64,000 nt of DNA from Planctomycetota bacterium (GTDB lineage Bacteria; Planctomycetota; Brocadiia; JAADGH01), in the NCBI GenBank assembly GCA_040755855.1, contig JBFMAD010000022.1:34967-98966 (forward strand). The letters run 5' to 3'. Position numbers and translations under genes: made by a program. Below the pieces are notes generated by a model. It saw only the letters and a list, made by a program, of their open reading frames with translations, ran no database searches and was not told the DNA's origin. Shown here in pieces: positions 1 to 8,837 of this stretch; positions within the stretch are counted from its first letter, which is position 1; every line of letters begins with the position of its first letter.

Positions 1-1383
1 GCGGGCCTCGGCGATATTGGCGACGTGACCGCGCGCGACGGCCTGCATCATGACGTTGCCGATGGCCGTGGCCTCGACAGGCCCGGCGACGACGGGCAGG
101 CCGATGCAGTCGGCGGTGATCTGGCAGAGCAGCGTATTCTGCGCGCCGCCGCCGACGATATGGATCACTTCGCACTTGCAGCCCTGGATCTCCTCCAGCT
201 TCTCCAGCGTCCATCGGTACTTCAGCGCCAGGCTTTCGAGGGCGCAGCGGACCATCGCCCCCTTGTCGGCGGGCGGCTTCTGGCCGGTCTTCCGGCAGAA
301 TGTGCTGATCATCTTCGGCATGTCGCCAATGCCCATGAAGGCCTCGTAGTCCGGCTCGACGAGAGGACCGAAGGGCCTGGCCTTTGCGGCCAGGGCGGTC
401 AGTTTCGCGTAGGGCATTGGCTTGCCCTTGCCCGCCCAGACGCGGCGGCACTCCTGCACGAGCCAGAGGCCCATGATATTTTTCAGGAAGCGGAACGTCC
501 CGCCGACGCCGCCCTCGTTGGTGAAGTTGCATTCGAGGGCCTGGGGCGTGATGATCGCCCTCTTGATCTCCGCCCCCATGAGCGACCATGTGCCGGAACT
601 GATGTAGGCGCACCGGCTCGTCCGCATCGGGACGGCGCCGACAGCGCAGGCGGTGTCGTGGCCGCCGGGTGTGATGACGTTCACCTTCTTCACGCCCGCT
701 TCCTCGGCGATCCACGGCCGCAGTGGACCGATGACCGAGCCAGGCTGCACGATGCGCTCCGTCATGATGTCGAGGGGCAGGCCGAGCTTCTTGAAGATCG
801 TTTTCGACCAGGTCTTGCGGATCGGGTCGTAGAACTGCGTGGTGGTGGCGATGCTGAACTCGGAGACCTTCCAGCCGGTGAGGAGGAAGTTGAACAGGTC
901 GGGCATGAGCAGGAGCGTCTCGGCGACGTCCAGTAGCGGCGATTTATTCACAACCATCGAGAAGAGCTGGTAGATGGTGTTCAGCTTGATGAACTGGATG
1001 CCGGAGTTTTCAAAAATTTCCCTTTTGGAAATTTTTTGGAAGGCCTTTTCCATCATGCCGTCGGTGCGGCGGTCGCGGTAGTGGGACGGGTTGCCGAGGA
1101 GGGTGTCGCCCTTGCCGAGGAGTCCGAAGTCCACGCCCCAGGTGTCCACACCGATGCCTTCGAGGTCGGGTCCGTATTTGGCGGCGCAGGCGCCGATGGC
1201 GTTGAGCATCTCGCGGTAGAGGCGTAGGACGTCCCAGTGCAGACTGCCGCCGACGCGGACGGGGCCGTTGGGGAAGCGATGGATTTCCTCAAGCGAGAGC
1301 CGCTTGCCATCGAACCGGCCGAGGACGCCGCGTCCGCTCTCGGCGCCGAAGTCAATTGCGAGGAATTTCGCAGTCTTGCTCAT
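1..1383 (-). CDS. FGGY-family carbohydrate kinase, rhamnulokinase-like (3' end beyond window edge)
   Basis: Absent from the ORF track because it runs off the edge. Manual reverse translation from ATG (complement of 1381-1383) gives MSKTAKFLAIDFGAESGRGVLG...GVDTWGVDFGLLGKG...TPGGHDTACAVGAV...IHIVGGGAQNTLLCQ, which are typical FGGY kinase motifs. The + ORF 25..936 is its antisense shadow. Confidence 0.7.
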   Translation of the reverse strand, partial: MSKTAKFLAIDFGAESGRGVLGRFDGKRLSLEEIHRFPNGPVRVGGSLHWDVLRLYREMLNAIGACAAKYGPDLEGIGVDTWGVDFGLLGKGDTLLGNPSHYRDRRTDGMMEKAFQKISKREIFENSGIQFIKLNTIYQLFSMVVNKSPLLDVAETLLLMPDLFNFLLTGWKVSEFSIATTTQFYDPIRKTWSKTIFKKLGLPLDIMTERIVQPGSVIGPLRPWIAEEAGVKKVNVITPGGHDTACAVGAVPMRTSRCAYISSGTWSLMGAEIKRAIITPQALECNFTNEGGVGGTFRFLKNIMGLWLVQECRRVWAGKGKPMPYAKLTALAAKARPFGPLVEPDYEAFMGIGDMPKMISTFCRKTGQKPPADKGAMVRCALESLALKYRWTLEKLEEIQGCKCEVIHIVGGGAQNTLLCQITADCIGLPVVAGPVEATAIGNVMMQAVARGHVANIAEAR

Positions 1384-1436
1384 GGCGTTCCCTCTCGTCA
1401 TTCCAGAAAGGATGGCGAGCCAATAGCCCGCCCTGC

Positions 1437-2102
1437 TTATTCATGCAGGGATTCAATGGATTCACTTTCGCCGACCACCATCAGCGTATCCCCCTCTGTG
1501 ATCCGGTAATCGGGACGCGGCATCATCTTGATGTCCTTGGCGTCCTCCGCCTTGGCCGCCGACTGCTTGACGACGATTACATTGATGCCGTAGCGTGTCC
1601 GGAGCTGGAGGTCCATCAGCGTCTTGCCGATGAACGAGGGCGGGGGATCAATTTCCGCGATGGTGACGCCGCCGGGCAGCTCGATGCTGTCAAAAATGGA
1701 CTCCCGGCGGATGCTGTTCGCCACGCGGATGGCGGCGTCGTGTTCTGGAAAGACGATGCGTGTGGCCCCGACGAGTTCGAGAATCTGGCCGTGCAGCTCG
1801 GAGAAGGCGCGCGAGACGATCTCCTTGACGCCAATCTTCTTGAGCAGGGCCGTCGTCAGAACGTTGGCCTCGATGCTCTGGCCGATGCCGACGACGGCCA
1901 CATCCACCTCCGCCACGCCGCAGCCGCGGAGGGCGTCTTCGTCCATGCTGTCGGCCGCGACGGCCCGCGTGACGGTGTCGCTGATTTTCTGGACGACCTC
2001 TTCGTTTTCGTCAATCGCCAGGACATCGGCCCCCTTCTCGGCCAATGTCTCGGCGACCTTGTAGCCAAAGCGCCCCAGACCGATGACTGCGAACTGTCGC
2101 AT
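1437..2102 (-). CDS. trkA: TrkA/KtrA-type K+ uptake peripheral subunit (RCK N+C domains)
   Basis: Internal ATG at 2102 gives MRQFAVIGLGRFGYKVAETLAEKGADVLAIDENEE (Rossmann GxGxxG), 221 aa. It lies directly downstream of trkH. The upstream part of ORF 1437..2468 overlaps trkH and is Arg/His-rich junk. Confidence 0.85.
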   Translation of the reverse strand: MRQFAVIGLGRFGYKVAETLAEKGADVLAIDENEEVVQKISDTVTRAVAADSMDEDALRGCGVAEVDVAVVGIGQSIEANVLTTALLKKIGVKEIVSRAFSELHGQILELVGATRIVFPEHDAAIRVANSIRRESIFDSIELPGGVTIAEIDPPPSFIGKTLMDLQLRTRYGINVIVVKQSAAKAEDAKDIKMMPRPDYRITEGDTLMVVGESESIESLHE

Positions 2103-2116
2103 GGGTGTAGCTCCAA

Positions 2117-3943
2117 CTATCCGACCATTACGTGGGTTTCCGGGTATTTTACCAAATCGGACGAGGGACGGCCACTGAATACAATAGCCAGCGTAAGCGG
2201 GCCGACGCGCCCGAGAAACATGAGCAGGATGATGAGCAACTTGCCCAGGATGGAGAGATAGGGCGTCAGCCCGGTGCTCAATCCGACCGTCCCGAAGGCG
2301 GAGAAGGCCTCGAACATGATGTCGTTGAACGACGTATAGGGGGCGCCGGGGATCGTCGAGGCGGGCGCCAGCAGGAGCATGATGCAAAGCGCCAGGGCGA
2401 AGGATGCGACGACGGTGATGCCGACGGCGCGCCAGATGGTCTCCGTCGGCACGGTGTGCCCCCAGCACGTGACGCGGCCCTTGCCTCGCGCCGCCGTGAG
2501 CATGGTGAGGAAAAGCAGGACCATGGTTGTCGTCTTGATCCCGCCCGCCGTCGAGCCGGGGCTTCCTCCTATGAACATGAGGGCCATGAATCCGAACTGG
2601 GTGGGGGGGCTGAGCGAGCCGATGTCCACCGTATTGAACCCGGCGGTGCGCGTCGTCACCGATTGGAAATAGGCGGGGAGGAGCCTGTCCCGCCAGGGCA
2701 GGCCGCGCAAGACGTGGGTCGGTTCGAAGGCCAGGAAGATCGCCATGCCCCCCATGATGAGGAGGATCGTGGCGGTCAGGACCAGGCGGGAGTGAAGGCT
2801 CAATCGCGCCCGCTTTTTCCGACTTCGGACAGGCAATAGCTCAAAAAGGTTCGTCAAGACGGTGAATCCCAGGCCGCCGAGGATGATAAGGCTGGTAATA
2901 ATCAGGTTGATCGGCGCGTTCAGCCAATAGTCCATGAGGTTGTTGGAAAAGAGAGAGAAGCCCGCGTTGCAGAAGGCCGAAACGGAGTGAAACACCGAGC
3001 AGAACAACGGACTTTCGACGAAGCGCTCCTGATGGCTCCACTGGGTGAACAGAAAGAGGGCGCCGATCGCCTCTATGGTGAAGGTCAACAGGATAATGGC
3101 CTTGACCGCGCTGCGCACCTCGGCGAAGGAGCGGGCTGCGACCGCCTCCTGCACGACTTGCAGGTGGCGCATCCTAAGCCGCCGTCCCACACCCGTCGCA
3201 AAAAACGCGGCGATGGTCATAATGCCCAGACCGCCCGTCTGGATGAGGCCCAGGATCACCCAATGGCCGAAACGGGAGAAATACTCCGGCGTGTCCCGCA
3301 CGATCAGCCCCGTCACGCATGTCGCGGAGGTGGCCGTGAACAGCGCGTCCACAAAGGGGGTCCCCTCTCCATCCGCCGTGGCCCGTGGGAACATCAGAAG
3401 CGCCGTCCCGACCAGAATTACTCCCAGAAAGCTCAGCACGATGGCAAGGGCGGGCCTTGCGTAGAGAAACGCCAGCATCCTGGGCGGCAGCGGCAGCCGG
3501 ACTTCCCCGCCCGACGTGGGAAAGACCTCCATCACGGCAAAGTACAAGACGCAGAATTTGAGCGTGTCAATCGTGCTGGGCAGGAACGCGGACTCGACCC
3601 GGAGGGCCGAACACGCCGATACGATCAGCAGAAACAGGATTACCGCCAGCCTGCCGATCGGATGGCCCATGGATTCGCCGCGGACGCGCGCCGCGGACAC
3701 GCTGTGCACCGCCTTGCCCACGGCGATCAGAACGGCCAGGACTTGGAGGCCCATCAGACACAGCGCCGTCGTCCGGTGCAGGTAGAACCCCAACTCGATG
3801 ACCACCGACAACGCGGCCGCGCAGATGACCACCGAGCCGACCACCCGCAGCCGGTGAATCCAGGACCGCCCTTCAGTCATTTCTGACTCTGGGAACACGC
3901 GTCGCACCTGCCTTGTCAAGAACCGAAAGACGTAAAGGCGCAT
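2117..3943 (-). CDS. trkH: TrkH/KtrB-family K+ transporter membrane subunit with N-terminal TM extension
   Basis: 608-aa polytopic protein with TrkH-like segments (TATSATCVTGL, CNAGFSLFSNNL, TRTAGFNTVD, GGSPGSTAGGIKTTT, FGTVGLSTG). An alternative ATG at 3880 (MTEGRSW) is possible. TATAAT on the minus strand at 3954-3959. Confidence 0.85.
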   Translation of the reverse strand: MRLYVFRFLTRQVRRVFPESEMTEGRSWIHRLRVVGSVVICAAALSVVIELGFYLHRTTALCLMGLQVLAVLIAVGKAVHSVSAARVRGESMGHPIGRLAVILFLLIVSACSALRVESAFLPSTIDTLKFCVLYFAVMEVFPTSGGEVRLPLPPRMLAFLYARPALAIVLSFLGVILVGTALLMFPRATADGEGTPFVDALFTATSATCVTGLIVRDTPEYFSRFGHWVILGLIQTGGLGIMTIAAFFATGVGRRLRMRHLQVVQEAVAARSFAEVRSAVKAIILLTFTIEAIGALFLFTQWSHQERFVESPLFCSVFHSVSAFCNAGFSLFSNNLMDYWLNAPINLIITSLIILGGLGFTVLTNLFELLPVRSRKKRARLSLHSRLVLTATILLIMGGMAIFLAFEPTHVLRGLPWRDRLLPAYFQSVTTRTAGFNTVDIGSLSPPTQFGFMALMFIGGSPGSTAGGIKTTTMVLLFLTMLTAARGKGRVTCWGHTVPTETIWRAVGITVVASFALALCIMLLLAPASTIPGAPYTSFNDIMFEAFSAFGTVGLSTGLTPYLSILGKLLIILLMFLGRVGPLTLAIVFSGRPSSDLVKYPETHVMVG

Positions 3944-4075
3944 GGAAAGGAAAATTATACAAGGAAAGCGGCCTTTCGTCCAAGCCTTTTTCGTTGAGCA
4001 TCAGACCCCAATCCTTATAATACCCAGCAGTTAACGGCAATGGCTCATTTTCCCTTTTCAGCGAGGACCGTGGCG

Positions 4076-4852
4076 ATGGATAAAAAAACAATACTCGTCA
4101 TCGGGGCGCACATGGACGACTGCGAAATAGGCGCCGGCGGCCTCATCGCCAAGGCCGTAAAAGCAGGGCACCGCGTCGTGCTCGTCAACGTGGCCAGCGA
4201 CTATTCCACATGGCAGACGACGCAAGGACGTGAAAAGGAGATTCGAGAACGCCTCCTGAAGATGGCGGAGGAAATCGGAGTCGAGAAAAGGTTTCTCGGT
4301 TATGGCTATCAAGCCGTCCCGCGCGACCTGGATGCAATCAAGCGGCTCGCCGAGGTTGTACTCGACGTGCGCCCAGACATCACCGTGTTTCACAACCCAT
4401 ACGAGCCGTCCCCCTCCGACCATGCCACCGTCGGCTATATTGCCGAACGCGCCGTGCGCGACGCCACGCGCCTGCTCAACAGGTATCCCGTCTTCTCCCA
4501 GGAGATGTACTGCTACGAGGTTTATCCGCGCATTTCTCTCTTTCAGCCGGACGTGTTCATAGACATCAGCGACGTCATCGCCGAGGTGGTACAGTGGCCG
4601 GCGGTCGCTGACAGAATCTATGCGGAAAGCCCGCACAGCAAGCAGCCGATTTCAAGTTGGATTCGCGCCACCGTGAAACTCCCGCCCGACGAAAAGACGG
4701 AGATCCCTCTCTGGGTGCACGGTCACATGAAATACTGCACCGCCGCCTTCCGCGGCTGCCAGTGCGGGGCGCGGTTCGCCGAGGCATATATGTCCCTCGA
4801 CAAGCGCCCCCTGGGATGGGGACTGCTGCAACAGATCGCTCGACCTCAGTAA
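4076..4852 (+). CDS. PIG-L/LmbE-family deacetylase
   Basis: MDKKTILVIGAHMDDCEIGAGGLIAK..HRVVLV is the PIG-L signature (AHxDD). ATG 4076 has GAGGA 8 nt upstream; the longest ORF starts at 4040. Confidence 0.7.
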   Translation: MDKKTILVIGAHMDDCEIGAGGLIAKAVKAGHRVVLVNVASDYSTWQTTQGREKEIRERLLKMAEEIGVEKRFLGYGYQAVPRDLDAIKRLAEVVLDVRPDITVFHNPYEPSPSDHATVGYIAERAVRDATRLLNRYPVFSQEMYCYEVYPRISLFQPDVFIDISDVIAEVVQWPAVADRIYAESPHSKQPISSWIRATVKLPPDEKTEIPLWVHGHMKYCTAAFRGCQCGARFAEAYMSLDKRPLGWGLLQQIARPQ

Positions 4853-4874
4853 TCTCACATTAGGAGAACCAACC

Positions 4875-6077
4875 ATGCCCGACGCCATGTCCTCCCGCGA
4901 ACGCATGTTGGCCGCCATCGAGGGCCGCAAGCCGGACCACACCCCCTGCTCCTTCATGATCTTCAACGGGCTGCGGCAAACGTGCAAGGACCAACTCGAA
5001 TTTGTCGAAAAACAAGTCAAGATGGGTCTTGATACCTTCGTCGGCTTCCCCGTCCGCGATACGAAGCGCGACCGATCCAGGACCGAGCAGGGCGACCTCC
5101 ACGGCCTGCCCGTCCGCTTCGCGCCCGAGGTCAAGATCACCGAATGGCGCGAGGACAGGCCCGGCGAGCGATACCCGATTCTTCATCGCACCTACGAAAC
5201 CCCCGCCGGCGCCCTCGCCACCTCCGTCAACAAGACCGAGGACTGGGTCCAGGGCGACCGCGTGCCGATCTTCGACGACTTCGTCATCCCCCGCGCCCGC
5301 AAGCGCCTCGTCACCGGCCCGGAGGACCTGCCCGCGCTGAAGTATCTGCTGACCATGCCTTCCGACGAGGACATCGCGGGCTTGCGCAAGACATCAAAGC
5401 CGGCCAAGGCCCTTGCGAAGAAACTCGACCTCCTCACCATCGGCGAATGGGGCGTTCTGTTCGATGCGGCATGTTGGCTTTGCGGCATGGAAGAAATCAC
5501 CCTCGCGGCCCTCGACAATCCTTCATTTGTCGAGGAACTGTTCGGTATCATCGAAGAATGGAATCGGCGGCGGATGGAGGTCATTCTCGACGAAGGTGTG
5601 GATCTGTTCATTCGCCGCGCGTGGTATGAAACCACCGACTTCTGGTCGCCCGCGCTCTATGAACGATTCATCCTGCCTCGGTTGAAGAGGGATGTCCGGA
5701 CGGCCCACCAGGCCGGGGCGAAGCTCGGCCTCATCACCACCAGCGCCTACACGCCCCTTCTGGACCTCTATTTGGAATCCGGGATTGACGTCCTGATCGG
5801 CCTCGATCCCGTCCAGGACACCCGCGTGGATTTTGCTTTGACGAAACAAAAGCTCGGTGGGAAGGTCGGCCTGTGGGGCGGCGTCAACGGATTCGTCACC
5901 ATGGAGACCGGGACGCCCGATGAGGTCCGCGAGGCCGTGCGCGAGGCGATGCGCATCCTCGCCCCAGGCGGCGGGTTCATCCTCTCGCCCGTGGACAATG
6001 TGACGAAAAACGACAACCGCACCCGGGCCAACGTCCGCGCCCTGATCGCCGAGTGGAGGAATCTCAAGATGAAGTAG
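4875..6077 (+). CDS. uroporphyrinogen decarboxylase (URO-D) family protein, MtaA/CmuA-like
   Basis: 400 aa. N-terminus SSRERMLAAIEGRKPDHTPC and overall layout are typical of URO-D-like TIM-barrel proteins. AGGAG RBS before the ATG. Confidence 0.55.
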   Translation: MPDAMSSRERMLAAIEGRKPDHTPCSFMIFNGLRQTCKDQLEFVEKQVKMGLDTFVGFPVRDTKRDRSRTEQGDLHGLPVRFAPEVKITEWREDRPGERYPILHRTYETPAGALATSVNKTEDWVQGDRVPIFDDFVIPRARKRLVTGPEDLPALKYLLTMPSDEDIAGLRKTSKPAKALAKKLDLLTIGEWGVLFDAACWLCGMEEITLAALDNPSFVEELFGIIEEWNRRRMEVILDEGVDLFIRRAWYETTDFWSPALYERFILPRLKRDVRTAHQAGAKLGLITTSAYTPLLDLYLESGIDVLIGLDPVQDTRVDFALTKQKLGGKVGLWGGVNGFVTMETGTPDEVREAVREAMRILAPGGGFILSPVDNVTKNDNRTRANVRALIAEWRNLKMK

Positions 6078-6092
6078 CGAGCCGCAGCGGGG

Positions 6093-6473
6093 CTATGCGG
6101 GCTGCTTCTCCTGCGTGAGTTTGGCGATAGCATCAATCAGTTCTGCGACCTGATATGGTTTCTTCAGGTACACATGGCGCGGGGGAATGCAATCAGTCTT
6201 CACGTGATCGAGCGACATGCCGCTGGCCGTGATGACGCCCAGTTCGGGAAGGTTCTCTTTGATGAACCGCCGGACCTCATTTCCGTCCACCCCCGGCATG
6301 TGCGTATCCACCACGGCCAGGTCGAAGCGTTCGGTTTGAAGAAGCTCGATCGCCCTCTGGCCGTTCTCGGCGGCTACGGCCTCGTGCCGAAGGCGTTTGA
6401 CTATCCGGCAAGTAATCTCTCGAACGTCCTGTTCGTCGTCCACCACCAGGATACGAAGTCTCTCCTGTTGCAT
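6093..6473 (-). CDS. single-domain response regulator (CheY-like receiver)
   Basis: RILVVDDEQDVREI...DLAVVDTHMPGVDGNEV...LKKP: acidic pocket DD, phospho-acceptor D and conserved K. No output domain and no adjacent kinase. Confidence 0.85.
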   Translation of the reverse strand: MQQERLRILVVDDEQDVREITCRIVKRLRHEAVAAENGQRAIELLQTERFDLAVVDTHMPGVDGNEVRRFIKENLPELGVITASGMSLDHVKTDCIPPRHVYLKKPYQVAELIDAIAKLTQEKQPA

Positions 6474-6833
6474 GCATAGACTCCCGGCTAACGTAATACA
6501 ACGATGAAAACGACTCTAAGAATGGAAACCTGCTGGTGGGCGCTTCCCTGCACTTAGCAACCAAGCTAAGGATTCCTACTAAAATGTATGCAACCATATT
6601 TCTCCCGCCAAATCAAGAAAATTTTTCCACTCGCGCAATGCCTTGCCTCGGTCACGGGGGCCTTTCCCGATCCTCCCACAAACGGATTCCCAGAAACTGC
6701 GGGCAATACACCGCAAAATCCCATACAATTCACTTGACATACTGCGCGCTTTCAGAAATGACAATGCTAAAAGACTTGCCCAGCATCGCTGAGGCGTTGG
6801 GATGAGGGATGACTTCTTGAGTAGGAGACTATA

Positions 6834-7106
6834 ATGGGCGAACCACTGACCCCGGAGCAGATCCAGCAGATCAACGAGGCCCTCTTCGCGGGCCGACGGA
6901 TCGAGGCCATCAAGCTCTACCGCGACTTCACCGGCCAGGGCCTCAAGGAGGCCCACGACTTCATCGAGGTCGTCCACAAGGAACTCTGTGAAAAGTGCCC
7001 CGAGAAGTTCGCCCCCGGCGCCGACAAGGCGAAAGGCTGCCTCGGCGTCCTCGCCTGCCTGCTCCTGCCGGCGGGGGCGGTGCTGTTCGTAACGTGCTGC
7101 CTGTAG
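6834..7106 (+). CDS. small membrane-anchored protein with ribosomal L7/L12 C-terminal-like domain
   Basis: RIEAIKLYRDFTGQGLKEAHDFIE matches the L7/L12 CTD core (K.AIK.VR..TGLGLKEAKDLVE). The C-terminus CLGVLACLLLPAGAVLFVTCCL is hydrophobic. AGGAG RBS. Confidence 0.6.
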   Translation: MGEPLTPEQIQQINEALFAGRRIEAIKLYRDFTGQGLKEAHDFIEVVHKELCEKCPEKFAPGADKAKGCLGVLACLLLPAGAVLFVTCCL

Positions 7107-7139
7107 GTCCGTGCCAAACACGAGAGGGGGAGTACGCCA

Positions 7140-7889
7140 ATGGCGAAAGTCGAGATACCGAGGAATGAAGCGCCGCAAGGGACAGACCGGGAGCGCTTGC
7201 GGAGGGGATGTCGAAGGATCGGGTGTGTATTGCTTGTTCTGCTCCTCCTCGACTGTACGGTGGGTGAGATGATGCTGCCCTGGATCGGTAGGGCGCGTGA
7301 AAGGGCCCGGCAGGCCCAGTGCAGACGTAATCTTCAACAGATCGGCGCGGCCCTCGCGATGTATGCCAACGACTACAACGGCCATCTGCCGGTGGCCTTT
7401 GAGGAGGGCGTGGGTCGGGGCGAGACCGATCCCATGCGGTCGCTCGCGCTGCTCTATCCGAAGTACATCTCCGACCGGATGGGCTTCGTCTGCCCGAGCG
7501 CCAACGACAACATCGCCGATCTCCAGCCCGGCGACGCCTTCAATCCCCAGCCCGTGTCAGGCGAGGCGGGTGGGGGCGGCAAGGTGTGCAGCTATGGCTA
7601 CGACGACACGAAGGACATGGTCAACCCGACCTCAAAGGAAACAAACGAGGTAGCCGTCGCCGCCGATGCACCTGTGCGAGAGGCAGGAGGAACTAATCCC
7701 GAGGTAAACTCCTATAACCACCATGCAAAAGGCCAGAATGTTCTCTATCTCGGCGGGCATGTCGAGTGGCGCGAGACGCCGAACTGCGGCATGGATGGCG
7801 ACAACATCTTCCAATCCGACAACCTCCTTCCCGCCCCCAGCGACTCGCGGGTGGTGCAGGTGAACGAGATGGGAGGCAAACGGGAGTAA
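7140..7889 (+). CDS. DUF1559-like (type II pseudopilin-like, H-X9-DG type) protein with degenerate N-terminal signal
   Basis: ARERARQAQCRRNLQQIGAALAMYANDYNGHLP and the C-terminal HHAKGQNVLYLGGHVEW resemble DUF1559 proteins. The canonical GFTLIELLVV prepilin motif is replaced by GCVLLVLLLLDCTV. Confidence 0.55.
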   Translation: MAKVEIPRNEAPQGTDRERLRRGCRRIGCVLLVLLLLDCTVGEMMLPWIGRARERARQAQCRRNLQQIGAALAMYANDYNGHLPVAFEEGVGRGETDPMRSLALLYPKYISDRMGFVCPSANDNIADLQPGDAFNPQPVSGEAGGGGKVCSYGYDDTKDMVNPTSKETNEVAVAADAPVREAGGTNPEVNSYNHHAKGQNVLYLGGHVEWRETPNCGMDGDNIFQSDNLLPAPSDSRVVQVNEMGGKRE

Positions 7890-7894
7890 GAAGA

Positions 7895-8815
7895 ATGCGC
7901 GTAAGCGTCACATGCTCTATCTTTCTCTCATCGGTTTTGTGGAGCAGTATGGCAACGTCCCAGGAAATGATCCGTGATCCACGTTTCCAGCGCGGCTTCA
8001 TCGTCTGCGCCCCGAAGGAGGGCAAGCGGGTGGTCGAGGGCGCGCTGCAGTGGGACGCCGCGGCGGGCGAGCCGATCTGGGACCTGGCCCAGTGGCACAG
8101 CAAACATTCCATCGCCGGGGTAGAGCCGGAGCGATTGCCATCGGGCGCGGTTCGGTACTCGAACGCGGCCAAGGCCGTCGTCGTCGGCCCGCCGGAGAGC
8201 GAGGAGGCCGACCTGATCCTCGCCGTCAACGCAAGCCGGGAGTACGGCGACCGCGCCCGGCAGAAGGGCGAGGGCTGGCCGCACCTCCTCGTGTCGCAGC
8301 GCTTCGAGACGCACCCCGCCATCCCCGACCTCAAGGAACTGATCTTCCACGCCTCCGTTCGCCTGCGGCGGTCGGAATTTCACAAAACCGAAGATTACAC
8401 CCCCAACATGCACGCCGCGCAGTTCCAGTTCTTCATTACCATCCAGAACTTGAACAAGGAATCATCCGGTTTCGGCGACTTCCTCTACTTCGGGGTCCCC
8501 TTCTACGACAGCCGTTGGCGCGCCACGCGGCCCTTCGCCGCGCCCGACGCCTGGGGCAAGTTCATCTACACCCCAGCGGGCGATGTGTATACAAAGGAGA
8601 GTACGCACGACGGGCAGTGGGTCACGATCGAGAAGGACCTCCTTCCCCTCATTCACGACGGCCTCAAGACCGCGTGGGAGAAGGGGTCGCTGAAGGACTC
8701 CCACGATCCGGCCGACTATCGGCTCGGCGGCATGAACGTCGGCTGGGAGGTCCCCGGCATCTTCGACGTCGAGATGCAGTTGCGCGACCTATCGCTCCGC
8801 GCCGTCGCGCGGTAG
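7895..8815 (+). CDS. hypothetical secreted protein
   Basis: In-frame ATG at 7895, just after the stop of the previous gene. N-terminus MRVSVTCSIFLSSVLWSSMATSQE is signal-like. Normal amino-acid composition; no family recognised. Confidence 0.5.
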   Translation: MRVSVTCSIFLSSVLWSSMATSQEMIRDPRFQRGFIVCAPKEGKRVVEGALQWDAAAGEPIWDLAQWHSKHSIAGVEPERLPSGAVRYSNAAKAVVVGPPESEEADLILAVNASREYGDRARQKGEGWPHLLVSQRFETHPAIPDLKELIFHASVRLRRSEFHKTEDYTPNMHAAQFQFFITIQNLNKESSGFGDFLYFGVPFYDSRWRATRPFAAPDAWGKFIYTPAGDVYTKESTHDGQWVTIEKDLLPLIHDGLKTAWEKGSLKDSHDPADYRLGGMNVGWEVPGIFDVEMQLRDLSLRAVAR

Positions 8816-8837
8816 GCGGTTGCGCCCTCCTGGACCA

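Noticed and set aside
25-936. 303-aa + strand ORF at the window start
   Set aside because: It is antisense to a clearly recognisable FGGY kinase gene, and its composition (R/G/A/D/H-rich) is typical of shadow ORFs in high-GC DNA.
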